Below, in pieces: positions 48,001 to 62,058 of a stretch of 64,000 bases of DNA. The notes under the pieces were generated by a model. The model did no database searches. It was not told where the DNA came from and saw only the letters and a program-made list of their open reading frames with translations. Origin of the DNA: Dipteris shenzhenensis (lineage: Eukaryota). The stretch lies in NCBI GenBank assembly GCA_047967505.1, contig CM106538.1; one strand, given 5' to 3'. A program made the translations under genes and the position numbers. Every line of letters starts with the position of its first letter. The stretch's first letter is position 1.

Positions 48001-49530
48001 AGGATCATACACAAAGAACATCCTCTATCTCCTACCGAGTAGTTACAAAATAACTTGTCTTCAAAAAAGAGAGAATAACACAAGAACCTAGTTGACCACT
48101 ACTAGTCTATTTAAATGGGGTTGAAACACCATAGAATTTACTACATCATCGGCAAGGCAAATGGCAGTTAGACAAGAACCTATCTTACAAAAAGGGACAG
48201 TAATACAAGAACCTACCAAGGCAAAAAGAGAATCTACTTTGGGAGCTATGCAAGAACCTTTCTTGGTAAAAAATTTGGCATCAATCATCATGGCAACCAC
48301 ACAAGAAACTTCCGATGTAAATGGCAAATTATTTTCATTGGCAAACTTTTCAAAAGTTACTTGAGGTCAACAAAAACAAATCTCTGAGACATTGTAGTCC
48401 TACTCACATTTGCTACAAAGAACATATATCACATTATTACTATGATATAATGGAAGAAACACGGGAGAGGATATACCTGATAAAGGCAATAAAAAGTTGG
48501 GATCACGAAGGAGCTACTCCAAGGTCAAGGATATTATGATAGCAATGTGGATCCTTGAGTGTAATCATCACCACATCCCACTTTCTCTTGCTTACCTCAT
48601 GGCTAAATGCACCTCTCCCCTAGTATAGCCAAAACACTGAGAGTGGAGACCCTAAAAGTTTGAGCCTACAATACTGACAACCAAGAATACACTAGCAGCT
48701 ACTACACAAGAAACTACTACTAAAAATGGAGTAGATCCACAAGAACCTATTGTGATGGAAGATACTCGAGACATTACTACCATGGAAAGAAGCTCCTCAC
48801 TAACAAAGGGTATGCAATCCTATTAACTTCATCAAGGTCTAGGAAGTCAAGGACATCTCAACCCCCAATGTCCCAATGCACTCCTCCATATATGGAACAA
48901 ACAAGTGGTTCTACACTAATAGCTCCAAAGGATGAGTGGATTGTAGGGTGAATTTTATGACATCAAAATGGGTATGGATGAGTTCTTGTGATCCTCAAAT
49001 ATTTTTTCCCGACTTCATTTACGAACCCCACCCTCCATTCCCTAGTTCCAAATCTCTCTCCTTTTATTATTGTCTTACGGTTTTGCTTTTTGTTGCTTAA
49101 CACTAGTATCAATTTAACCATTTGAGCTTCCCAATGTAAGATCACTTTTAACTAGAGGACTTTCCTAGAACCAAGATGCTATAAAACTCTTTAGGCATAG
49201 TCCTTATTTTAGAAGTTTGTATGGTGTATTATTAGACTCCTTTGAATTTGATGACTTAGACAAATAGAGCTCCAAATCACACCACGACCTTTTTTTTTTT
49301 TTTTACTTCCAAGAACAGACCTCAATGACATGTAATCCATAAAATGGATTTAGAAAGAGGCTCTATATAGAGAAGCAAGACAAAATGTCATGCACAACTC
49401 TAGATGTACAAAAATGGCATGTCAAAGATGAGGTCTCATGAGAATTCAATACAAGTCCAACTCAAATTAATTATGTGACTTAAGGAGAAGCATGATAATA
49501 CACTAGTACTTACTTCGCTAATGCTAACAC

Positions 49531-50654
49531 GGGGGTTTCCATTTTTTGAGCAAAAACCCCTGAACGACGAGCGGACAAAAGGTAGGAGGGGTCAAAATAT
49601 ATAAGCTCAAGACATTTTTGGGGAGCAAAAAAATCCAAATTATTTCAAGGAATATGTAAGTAAATATGAAATACTAATAAACAGATATAGATATAAATAT
49701 ACCTTTATATAATATACATATATAATGTCCAAGTGGTGACTTATTTTATCACTTTCAAAAATCCTTTCTTTTCCTTTCACCATTGGTTGGATCATGAAAT
49801 TTTGGGCAAATATCCTCTTTATAGTTCCTCAGGATGACCTAAGAAAATAATATAATACTTTTTTAATAGACCCTCTAAGTGTATTTTTCCAGAGGAATAT
49901 GGTTTGAAGAGCTTGCCCCCCAACCCTATTCCACCGGTGGAATACCCTTGGAGAGCCTACGCAAAAGGGGTCATAACTTTTGCTCCTTATCTTAGATTGA
50001 GGAGCTATAAAAAGGAAAAATGTTCAAAATTTCATGATCTATGCAATGGTAGGCTTAAAATTATACTTTTGATAGTTATAAAAGATAAAAAGTAAAAATT
50101 TCAAGATGTATATGAGAGTTACAACTTCTCCCTAATTCATATTATGTAGGAAGGAGTTCAATAGAGACCACATTTTCTTAAAAGTACTTAGGTTTGGAGA
50201 ATTGGGAATATTTTGAAAATTCAATCCTTGCCTTCCCATATTTGATAATGTATTAGAGATTAATTTATGATCGATTAGAATGGCCTCAAGTATGAGGTTT
50301 CCAATATCTTTTTCCTACTCATCTAAGGAATATGGTATACATTGTTATAAATATGGGATTGCTAAAGATTAGGGAAACTCTTTTAAATTGATTTAATTAC
50401 CATAATCCTCAAAAGAGAGTATGGTAGGGAGTTATTTATAGGAGTTTCTAAAGTGTTCACTATTTGTTCATATATAAATGATGTTCTCTAAAATGAGGGC
50501 TATAATGAAAAATAAGTAAGTATATGGTTCCATAAATGAGAAATTAAGAAAGAATTGTATATTCCTTTGAGAAATATACAAGCATGGTTGGTGTCAAAAA
50601 TTATCGCTCGGACTTTTCTGCTCGTAGGTTTTTGCTCGGAAAGTGTGCACATCC
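49531..50654. mobile_element. Non-autonomous Mutator-like TIR element
   Basis: 9-bp direct repeat TGCTAACAC at 49522-49530 and 50655-50663; ends GG...CC; GAGCAAAAACC starts 18 nt in from both ends in inverted orientation; AT-rich non-coding interior. Confidence 0.75.
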
Positions 50655-51755
50655 TGCTAACACCAATAGGATCGTACATCACCCCCTATTAACACCTTCT
50701 TCCTACTAACTTACTCCTCAAATTCTTCTCTTTCTTCTTCTTTCTTTGAAAGGTCACAAGTACTTAGCTCCAATCCATCCACCCAATGTCTACCTATTAC
50801 AATCACTCATGCCAGGAAGTTCCCATTATAGTGGAATTTGGTCCTAGAACCAAGCATCACTAGATAAAATATCCATCCTACTAGAAATAATTCCATAACA
50901 AAGGATCCACTAAAGCCCTATGAAGCAATGTAGTCAGGGAAGGTTTCACATGGGCATAAAAGAATGATTATCAACAACAATCCTCCAACAACCATGACCT
51001 TTGCATGATCCAAGGGAACACAATAAAACTACACAAGTGCTTGCTGTGTGGGCTTCAACAAGCAGCACACACTCCACCAAATAGATGCGAAAAGTTGGAT
51101 GGAAGGAGACAGAGAAGAAGATGGAATCTACAAGATTTTGATGGAATCTCAAAGATTTTGATGAACCTTATCACCCGAGGTTGGTCATCCCACTAACACA
51201 TGGCCACATTTCAGCCACAACTAGGTTTGGTCAAAGATTTAACACATCGCAGTCATGTTAGCACCATCTACCATGTCAACCTTATCAACAATGTCATCTA
51301 ACATGTGGCATAGGCCACATCATCACAACAACCAATGCCACATCATCAAAAGTTTCCACATCCGTTGGCCATGTCATCAAGTCCACATCATCATCTATCA
51401 TCAGTGACACCTTAGTAGTCTACATAATCAGGCCATGTCACCAGTAACACATCATTAGGCCATGTCGACAGTACACCTTAGCAACCGTGTCAGCACTACC
51501 ACATGCATATTTTTTTGGTGGGTTGGCTATAGATTAACACTTCATACCACCATTCTAAAGCTTTATTGGCTATTTTTTCACATTTTGTGCACGATATTTG
51601 AGCCTTGTAAAGCCTTCATGGCTATTCTTGGCATCTATTGCCACAAAATCCTTGTAACATATTGATATATATTGTAGTTCTATCTTCACCACCAGCTCAA
51701 TTGTAGTTGATACAGATTGTTTTTTTCACAGGCACATTGAGTACTATTTTGCATC

Positions 51756-54700
51756 ATGTCTACCACTAGCAACCTCAATTTGCAGACACCTGCTAAGTTA
51801 GAAAACTCCAATTATGTTACATGGAAGTATTGAATGGAGACCATAATTGCACTTCAAGATAAGTGGGACTATGTAGATAGGTCTACACCTAAGCCATCTA
51901 GTAAACCTAAAGCAAATCCCATCATTGCCAGAACACAAGTAGAAGGGTCTACACTTGCACCAACTGGGTCTACATCTGGAGTAGATCCTGCCATTTTCCA
52001 ACCACAAGAGGATTGTGACAAGAAAGATAAGTATGCTCATCATTAAGTCAAGAAGAATGTGCAAGATTTCATGCTTGTATAGCTCAATATGGTCAAGACA
52101 TCAAAAGAAGCATGCAGCTCTTTATGAGTCCAAGAATGCTTCTAGATTCTAACACTTAGAAACCTTATTAATCAGAGTTTTTACAATAGCACTGAATCTG
52201 TTCATCCTTATGTACTCATAATTAAGGATTACAACAATCAATTTGCAGCAAACAGGAGAGACCATAAGCCTATAGAGATGGTTTAAGTCATCCTGAATGG
52301 ACTAGTAGAGGGATATGAGAATCTAGTCCAAATTATTTCCATTCAAGGCAAGTTCCAACACTAGAAGAGGTTATAATTAGTGTTACTTGGTGAGGAACTC
52401 ATGATGTAGGCCATTCAAGCACAGAAGGGTCATTCTATGATCAGCCATTTACAGTCGAGATAGAGGCAAAGGAAGAGCATCTTAGAGGATTGGACATCGG
52501 CATCAAAATCCCAACATTTGCAGAGCACCAACATCAGCATCCAAGAGGAAATCATTCCAATACCAGGAGATTTCAAGGAAGAGGGAATGCATCCATCACC
52601 AACATGTTAGAGATTTAGTGCAGCTATTGTCACAAGTTTGGACATTATGCATGAGATTGCTGCAAGAAGCAGTATGACCAAGGAGGTCAATCTAGTAGCA
52701 ATAGAGGAAATTCTCATGGAAGAGGAAATCATCATGGCGGACTTCAAAGTCACTGTCTCATTATGGTGGCAATGGACCCAACACCATACAACTTGTGTGT
52801 AAGGATATGCAGAAGACTAACATAGTGTATCTTGACATTTTTTGTGATTCTAAGGAGGAGGAATGCAACTATCAAGTTGACCATGTCGATCAAGATCCTT
52901 GTTACATTGGTAGTGGTGCATCTTTTGTCAGTTGGACAACTGATGGAACATAACTATAGAATCTTCTTCGATGGAGACGAATGCACAATCAAGGATACGT
53001 TTTGGGATATGAACTAGTGGGAAAAGTAGTCAAAGAAGGATGATTGTTTAGGACGCTAGCTTCAATACTAGACTTGCATGCCATGTCAACTCAACAGGAT
53101 GGCACTTTTTGCAATATGGCACAAGAGATATGGTCATTTCAATTTCAAAAGTTTGATGCAATTGAGAAATTAGAATATGGCACTTGGCATTCCTAAACTT
53201 ACAATTTCTTGGAAAAGTTTGCGAAGCATGTTGCTTTGGAAAACAAAAAAGAGAAACTCTGAGAGAAGCACCTCTCAAGCAAGATGTATTCTTGATTTGA
53301 TTCATGTAGACGTATGGGGTTTTGCATAGACCCACAACATTAATGGTTCACTTCATTACTTGACTTTCATCAATAACTATAGCAGATATTGTTGGGTCTA
53401 TTTCATGAAGCAAAAATATGAAGTCTTTTCCAAATTTTAAGAATTCAAAGACGTGCTAGAGAACCAGACAAGCAGAAAGATCAAAGTCCTTAGATTAGAC
53501 ACATGAGTTGAATACCTATCTTTAGCATCCATGAAATTTTGTAGAAGTAATGGCATTCAAAGGCAATTCACATGCATGAATCCTCAAATCCCCCACTAGC
53601 CGATCAAGCCTCCTTGCAACCCTCTGTGGCTGAAACATACTCAACCTCTATGGTAGACAAACCAACACGCTTGACCCACAACATTGATGGTTCACTTCAT
53701 TACTTGACTTTCATTGATAATTATAGCAGATATTGTTGGTCTATTTCATGAAGCAAAAAACTGAAGTCTTTTCCAAATTTCAAGAATTCAAAGACATGGT
53801 AGACAACCAGACAAGCAGAACGATCAAAGTTCTTAGATTAGACACAAGAGTTGAATACATGTCTTAAGCATTCATGAAATTTTGCAGAAGTAATGGCATT
53901 CAAAGGCAATTCACATGCATAGATACTCCTCAACAAAATGCAATGGCTAAAAAGAAGAATGGGACTTTAGCAAATAGTGCTAGAGCAACAATGCTCAGTG
54001 AGAAGCATCTTCCAAATCAATATTGGGTAGAGGCAATTCATACTGCAAAGTACTTGCTTAATCGGCTTCCAACAGAACCAATTCAGGGTATGCCGCCTTA
54101 TATGGCATAAACTAGATACCAGCCATGCATTGGGAATCTCCACTTCTTTGGTTGCATAGCATATGCCCACATACATGATGATCTTTGCTGAAAGTTGGAT
54201 ATTAAGTCACATAAAACACATCATGGTTGGCTATAATGAAGAGAGAAAAGCATACAAGTATGATTCCATCATTTGAAATGTTATAATCTCTAGAGATGTA
54301 GTGTTTGATGAAGAATAAGAATGGAAAACATCAAATACATAGGAGATAGTCACACCAAATACCACCTACCAAGACGGTTTATGAAGAAGAGCAAGAATTG
54401 CAGGAAGTTCCCTGAGAAGAGCAACAAAGCAGATGGTCTACAAGAGAAATCAAACCACCAGCCAGGTTGATATATGTTTAGAAAGGCAAAGCAATTCAGA
54501 TTGAAAACACCAATTATTCTCTTATGACTACCATCATGGCTATAGAAGAGCCACTACACTTTGAGGATGCAATTAATAGGCTAGAATGGCAAACTTCTAT
54601 GAATGAAGAGATGTGATGCTTGTACAAAAACAATACTTGGGATCTATGCGACCTTCCACTATGAAAAAAGGCCATTGCAAACAAATTGGTTTACAAAGTC

Positions 54701-56050
54701 AAATACAATCCAAATGGTAGCATTAAAAGATACAAAGCTAGACTAGTGGCAAAAGGTTTTGCAGAGCAATATAGTCAAGATTATGAGAAGAATTATGAGA
54801 GAATTATGCTCCAGTAGCAAACATGGATTCCATAATATTTTTTAGATCAAGAGCCACACTCAGCACATGGAATGCCTACTAGCTAGATGTCAAAAATGCT
54901 TTTATCAACAATGATTACCTAGACGAGAAAGTCTACATGCAACAATTAGCTGGGTATGTTGAACTAGGAAAAGAGAATCAGGTTTGCCATCTCAAGAAAA
55001 GTCTTTGTGGCTTAAAGAAAGCACTCAAAAGTTGCTATAGCATAATTGGCAAGTATTTTGCTAATTTGGGAGACATCAAGTCCATTGCAGATCATACTCT
55101 CTACTACAAAGCTCAAGGGGAAGACATTACTATTGCCCTTTTGTATGCAGGTAATCTGATTTTGATAAGAAGCAATGAGAGCTTCATCAACAAGATGAAA
55201 CAAGAATTATTTGTAGAGTTTTATATGAAAGATCTTGGACTTGTGCATTATTATCTTGGCATTGAGTTCTGGAGAGACTCAGACAACACCTTCATGAGCC
55301 AGCAAAAATATGTGGATAGTCTCCCAAAGAAGTTTCATATGGTGGTTTGCAAGATTATAGCCACTCCCATGGAGTAGAGTTTTAAACTTACCAAAGTTCC
55401 AAAAAACCTACAAATAAGTACCATCAGTATCTCATCAGATCTCTTATATCTATGACTATCACAAGGCTGGATATTTTGATATGCAGTAATTTCACTAGCA
55501 CAATTTATGGCACATCCAAAATAATCTCACTAGAATGCATCCAAGAGATTCTTAAACTGCATTAGAGGTACAAGAAAATTTGGGATATAATATAGAGGAG
55601 GTCATCCAAGATTGCATGGATATTGTGACATTAACTAAGTAGATCATGAGACCAACAGATCCACATAAGGATATGCATTTTTCCTTGATCAAGGTGTTAT
55701 AACAACTGTTTCCTTGTATTCAATAGGAGTAGAATATAGTGTGGTCGTAATAATTGCATGTGAGGCTATATGGCTCAAAAGACTATTATAAGAAATAGAC
55801 TACTTTGATGAGATAAATCCAACAACAATATACTACAATAATCAATTGACTCAAGCATAGCCAAGAATCCAATATATCACTTCAAGGCAAAGCACATTGA
55901 TGTTAGAGAGCACTTCATCAGAGAAAGAGTGTTACTTGGTGACATCTTATTACAACATTGTGATAGCAAAGAGAATGTTGTAGATATCTTTACCAAACCA
56001 CTTGAGAAATGGGTTTTTGTGAAACATCGACAAGCTCTTGGTTTGACTTA
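51756..56050 (+). pseudogene. Copia gag-pol (gag, knuckle, integrase, RT, RNase H), heavily mutated
   Basis: KLENSNYVTWKY; CSYCHKFGHYA; CEACCFGKQ; TPQQNAMA...YWVEAIHTAKYLLNRLPT; YKARLVAKGF; MKDLGLVHYYLGIE; KHIDVREHFIRE; DIFTKPL. Confidence 0.92.
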
Positions 56051-56999
56051 GAGAAAGGATATTCCCATTAAAGGGGTGTGATGGAATGTAATCTTCAGTC
56101 CTTATTCCATTCCCCATAATCATCATCTTGAGGGAAGGCCGACTTCATGGTGTTCATCTTGAGGGAAGGTGTTGAGGATTCATATCAACACCATGTGTTC
56201 ATATGTGCATAGCACTAACACAAAGAGTGCTAAAAAGGCACAGGGTTGGAAAACCTAACCCTAATCCTAAAGAGGTATGTATAAATTCATTATTTTTAAC
56301 TAGTATAGTGTACAATTAGTCATTTGTGGTGTGCTCTCTAGTTGTGGCCTCTCTCATCATCTCCACTCTTCTCCTCTCCCTTTTCATATTTGTTCAAAGA
56401 AGCCCTAATTATATTGTGTTGCGAAAAACAAGGGCTAAAATAGAGCTTTTAAAAAGTCTATAAGGAACCTTAAGGTTTAAACTCACACTTTAATCTCAAT
56501 TTTTATGGCAAGGAGTATATTTCTAGACCAAAAACTTATAATGCCCACATTGTAGCCCTTGATAGGATACCCTTGATAGGGTACCATTGTAGCCCTTGAA
56601 AGGATACCCTTGATAGGTTTGTAGCATGAGCTAAGGCTTCTTCTTTTAATACTCATACATCCCTTAGAGTTCTCCTTGCAAGTCCCCTTAGTCATTCTAT
56701 TTGTGATCTTCTAGAGAAAGTCATCATACAACACGTTGCCCATCCCCCCCAAGACCCCTATAGACCCCCCTTGTAAATCTCCTCACACAAAAAATCATAT
56801 TGATTGTTTGCTTTGCAAAGGCAAAACCGATTCCCCCAAACAACGATATGATCCAAACACATGAATGAAGAGAATCATGCCTTCATAATTATAGAATTTA
56901 TTACAAGGAGGCTTCATAACCTATCTAGCATAATTATGCCTGTAAGCTATATAAAAGTTGTTAAAGGGGTTTAGAATCATTAAATATGTTCCAAGTCCA

Positions 57000-58200
57000 A
57001 AATCTACTATGAAGTAATGAGAGTCTGTTCTTCAAGATCATTATCCCATTCAAGGTTGGCCATAAACATTGAAACTGCAGGATCAATTGGGATTTTAGGC
57101 ATAAGTGGAGATTCTACTTGCATGACCTTTGCATCAATTTGTGGGAGGACTGGATCTAGTGCATGGCCATTGTCGATTGTCACTAATGCTTGGATCCAAC
57201 TGTTGATATTACTTTGTGTGTCACCTACCAAGGCATTTTGTTGTGGAAGGGCTGATTTGCTAGATACCACGGTCGAAGAGGTATTATCGAATGGTCTCGA
57301 CACAATGGCTTTGATTGCTCCTATCCCCACATTGATTCTCATTGCTGTGCCATGATTTTTTATCGTAAGCTGATCAATACCCCAATCATGGAGCAGTGAT
57401 GCTTCTCGTGGTAGCCAAGGGCCGAGTAAAACTTGATAAAAGTCTTGGGTCCCAAGAGATCCAAGACTGTGACCTGGAGGGAAAATCGTATCCTTGCTAC
57501 CTTTGTGGATACCCCATTAACTATACCCAAGGATTTTGTGTGTGAATGATTTGCAAGGCAGATGTTAAAATGATCTTTCTTCATCGTGGGAGATCCCATG
57601 CATTATAGAGATTGTTTGATAAGACATTCACACCTACGCCTCCATACACAATGTCCTAGACCTCATCATGTGCTCTATGGATCAAAGGCATAGTGATATT
57701 GCATATATCATCTCTCTCATGCAATCAGACTGGGTTGTCTTTTGTTTCTTCCATAGGTGGCGGGAGATTTGCTGATTTTACCCATCCCTTGAAACTTGCC
57801 CAAATGTTGGGACAATTCCATAAGAGGATTCCAATGGGGATGGAGAGGGGGCAACTCAGGAAGCTAGAGAGGGATGCACCTTCCAGTTGGTATAGTGAAA
57901 CATTATGTTGTGGCCCTTGTTGATGGAACAGAGGTTCGATTATGGTATCAAGACTTGGTGGAGACAAGTCAAGGACTGGATCTTGCACTTTCTTTTTAGC
58001 TTCAATTCGGGCTTATTCCTTCTCCACCCATTGTCAAAAATTGAGCCTTCTCCAATTCGACGTTAGGGTATACAGCTTCTTTGACAAGTGGATCTGAATG
58101 GTGGTTGACGTACTCGACACGTCTTTCCTTGGTGGAGACTTGTGCTTTCTTTTGGATAAGCTTTTTGCTTGAACAGGTAATGATTAATTAGTGTCGATAG
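57000..58200 (-). mobile_element. Gypsy-like gag/protease remnant
   Basis: IVYGGVGVNVL at ~57620-57652 resembles the DGGxGVN protease motif seen at ~46530, followed by MGSPTMKKDHFNICLANHSHTKSLG. Confidence 0.55.
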
Positions 58201-59184
58201 TGTTACAAGATGGTTTTAAGCACCGCACAGTAGTGGTCTATCAAAAGACATTAATAGGTTATGGGAAAGCATGCCATCGGGGTATTAAGTCGGATATCTA
58301 TGGCAATGGCATTGAGCATAGTATGGGATCACATAGGTTGGCTATGGATGTTATTTCTCCGTGCAAAAGAGTATGGCGACGTGGACCTTGGAGTCCCAAG
58401 CTCAAAGAATGATGATATGATAGATTAGTGCCACGTGGCTCAATGTTGAAACAACACATGGTAGGCTATGAGATTGGCATGTAGGTGTGCATTTTAAAAA
58501 AACATTTGTAGTATTTCTTGTTTTTTTTAAATTTGCCTCTATGCCTTTCTTGCTTAGACTTGAAATCTAGATCTCACTTTGCTATAAGGACCACCACTTT
58601 AGGCCTTTGTTGAAGCTAGATGGGCACTACATAAAATTGTTTTCATCTTTTGATCTAAAATTCCTTTTGGTTATAACTCGTCATGCATAATGAATTTACC
58701 ATGATACAAAAAGTAAAATTTTCTCCCTCTTTCCCCTTTGCTTTGAGATTCATAAGATGAAAAGGGCTTCAAGGAAATATAGTTCAGATGTGTCAGGAAG
58801 TTGTTCAAGGGATACTATGGCAAATTGATTAGAATGATTCCAAAAGGAGCCTTCAATGCTCTTTGCTACTATTCAATCATGTTGAAAGCATGGTGTGTTT
58901 AATTCCTTAGGTGTTGCACATAAAATACGTCATAATTTTGGAAAATATATACCTTTGTGAGGTAATATAGATCAAGGTGAGATAAAAAGTAAAAATGGGT
59001 GCTTTTTTATGCTTTAAACAATGGTTAGGTATATTTTTGCCAAAAATGGTGCATGAGGTCATTCCAATGGGATATGCCAATTTTGCTATGTGATGTTGTG
59101 GGAGTAAATGTTGAATATCTTTTGGTTCATGCGTTCAATAAAAGGGATATTCTCTAGACAAGTGTTTGCATCAAAAGTTTGCCC

Positions 59185-59237
<53 letters not shown>

Positions 59238-61598
59238 TCCCTTTTTCTCTTGCATCCACTTAATTTCTTAAAATTTTCCTTACATTTCTTACTCTTCTTA
59301 ACTTCCCTTAATTTCTTCCTCTTTTACTGTATTTTATCATAACTTCCCTAAAATTTCCTCTTATTTTTTCCTAAACTCACCTTAGCTTCCCTTAAATTTT
59401 CCCTAATCCTATCCTTTCTTTTATTTTCTCTCTCTGCCCTCTTACTTTCCTTTTTTTCCCAATATTTTTCCTATATTTTCCTTAATTTTTTTCATTATCT
59501 CCCTATTTTGTCACTAATCTTTTGTTCCCTAATTTTCTCTAAATTCTCCAATTTAATTTCTCTAACACTTCCCATTTTCTCCCCTAATTCCCCTAATTTT
59601 TGTCTATGTTTTCCTCTTATGTCTCTAATTTTTTATAATTTTCTCTTAATTTTTATTGGTTTTTTCCCATTCCCCCCTTTTTTCCCCTATTTCTCCTCGA
59701 CTATTCCTCTCCCACAACCTTGTCTACCTTTCTGCTGGACCTGACCATTCCCTTCCATACTCACCCCCGACTTTGGATCACCTCCTATTTAAGTTTCGTC
59801 CTCCCTTCCTCTAATTTCAACCTATCCAATATCCACGGTCCACCAATCGCTCTACCCTGCCTGCTCTAACGCCACTCCCAACCCATCTCCCCCTGGCTGC
59901 TCGCCGTCTTAATTACTCTCAGGACTCAGTCCCCTGGGCCCTGGCGCTGCCTTCCAAGTCTGTGCACGGCTTCTACAGCTTTGCTCTTCGCTGGCCGCGC
60001 CCGTGTTCTCCTCTAGAATATCTGGAGTCTGCATGATGGTCGCACGCACACTTTTTCCTACTTCTCGCGCCTTGTGCAAGAAAATCTCCCTCGGTTATAC
60101 TGCCACCTCCCTCCAAGCCCTCGTTGGAAGTTGGACTCACGTGGCAAGTCCATGCTTTAATGCCACTTTTCATTTATGCCCTCCTTTTTAAAATTTAAAC
60201 CCCCTCCCTTTCTTCATTTCACGTGTTTTTTAATCTAACCCTTGTCCCCCTTCACCTCACTACTTTTCATTATCTCTATGCCTTTTCCCCTTTTAGTTAA
60301 AATTAAAAAAACCATGCTCAATTCTTTCCTTTGATTCTTTCCCTCTTTGATTCCTTTACAAAGGCTGCTTATTTCCCTTCTAACCTCTTTAACCTATTAA
60401 ACCTATCCACCTCTTAAACCTATTACCCTTCTAACCTTTTTAAACCTATTAACCTCTCTCTTTTAGCCTCTCTATCAACTTATTAACTTCCCTACCTCTA
60501 TGTACTTACCCTACCCCTTCGCTTTTACTTCTTATCTCTTAAACTTACTAGCCTCTCTATTATTTAATAACCGTACGTCTAGTCTCTCTATTAACTTATT
60601 ACCCTCTCTAGCTCTTTGTACTTATATCCACTACTCCAACCATTCGTTCAAGCTTCTCTATCCCTTATCTCCCTAGTCCCTCTTATCTCTTTTGCCATTG
60701 ATTTTATCTTATAACAATTATTGATTTTTTCTTATGACTAAGCTTGTTTCTCTTTAGTTCCCCTTTGTCTCTTTGGTCTCATGACTAAAATTGGTTCGTT
60801 CCTTCCTTTAATCTTACTCTCCTTTGTCATATGAATTGCCTTTTTTCAAAACCCTTTTTTCCACTCTCCCTACACACACATATCTATGTCATAACCCCCC
60901 TCTTCTTCATTGTACCACCCTTAAATGTCCCATTCACATTACTTTCAAATTAATTCAGTTCCCTAAATAGATCGTCTTTCATTGCATTTATAAGTATACA
61001 TTGAGTTGTATAAGTTTGCAAGTTTCTATTTTTATGGTGACCCCAATAACAAGGGAGGGGTGTTTATGACACATGTCTTCCCAACTAAGGTTTAAGTGGG
61101 TTCTCACCACATTTTTCTGGTTGGATGGTGGCAGGTAGGCAGACTCCCTTCTTCAATAAAAGTGATGCTTGCCAGGACTTATCCAAGCTCAACTTCTATA
61201 CACTTTCCACAAAGTCATTTCTACAAAATGGCACACTACTGGTTTCCTTTATAAACAGGGATTCACCGACTTATACCAACTTTTTCATTAATGCAATTAG
61301 TCCTATTCCATTGTCTAGCTTCGTTCTTTTGTCTTTTCACTATGCAAAGGGATGTTGTCAAGTCTTCCACACACACACACACACACACGTTTTTTTCGCC
61401 TTGCAATGGTCTTAAATGATGGTGCTGATTAAAGAATGTTAGTCTAGCTCATAGTTCAGAATGTAGTTCATTTGGTCAAGTTAACCGTGTTATGGGGCAT
61501 TTAGTATTAGGGTTAACGGTAGTTTAGGCAATTTTTAGGCTTAGGTTTTTGTCTTTTTGTGAGCCCCTAAAGGACTTTGTCACTTTGTGTGGATTAAG

Positions 61599-62058
61599 TT
61601 TTTTTTTCTTAATACAATTAAATAAAATTGTTGAGTGTATTGCAAGGGTGCAGCCCAGAACTAAAATAGACCATAAGTACAAAATTGGTCCAAAAGGGGC
61701 TTCCTACCTAGGACCAGCGCTGCACGCAACCAATACCTATCGCAGTGCCATATATCTTCCTAGATCTCCCAGTGCGGAGCTAACCACTGGGTCCTTACAT
61801 GTCGTGATAATGCTGAAGTCTTTCAAGTATGTGCCTACCTCTTTCATGATGGCCATGGCCATGAATCCTTTCTCCGTTTGGTGTTGAAAGACCGATTTGT
61901 TCCTGGTTTCCCATACCGCTAGAAACACGGCCGCATTGATGAGATGGGAGCTTCTGAGTATCTCCTAAAAGAGCAGTCCTCCACCTTGGGCCAATACTGA
62001 ACCACGACATTAGGCATGTCTTTCTCATCGCATCCTCCACCATATACCAAACTTCACA
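61599..62058 (-). mobile_element. 5'-truncated L1 3' end (460 bp)
   Basis: Poly(T) 61599-61607 on +, ORF2 C-terminal FLAVWETRNKSVF, 11-bp TSD TGTGGATTAAG at 61588-61598 and 62059-62069. Confidence 0.9.

Larger units (their letters stand above)
42000..50882 (+). mobile_element. Degenerate Gypsy-like element with multi-knuckle gag and protease but no RT; putative 3' LTR 48942-50882
   Basis: Knuckle-like motifs (GNHPTNEC, CYKYQGPHFVKDC, CFGCGMDH), protease-like VNAILDGGGGVSIV (~46520-46560) and YDVTLGRHF. Purine-rich GAGTGGAT precedes TGTAGGGTGAATTTTAT, whose imperfect inverse ATAAAATATCCATCCTAC is at ~50864-50881. 5' end unresolved. Confidence 0.6.
41128..56396 (+). mobile_element. Old full-length Ty1/Copia element with ~9 kb of nested insertions in its 5' leader
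   Basis: 5' LTR 41128-41495 + PBS TGGTATGCGAGC; 3' LTR 56170-56396 after PPT GAGGGAAGG; flanks AATAA / AAGAA (4 of 5 match); complete degenerate gag-pol at 51756-56050. Confidence 0.78.
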
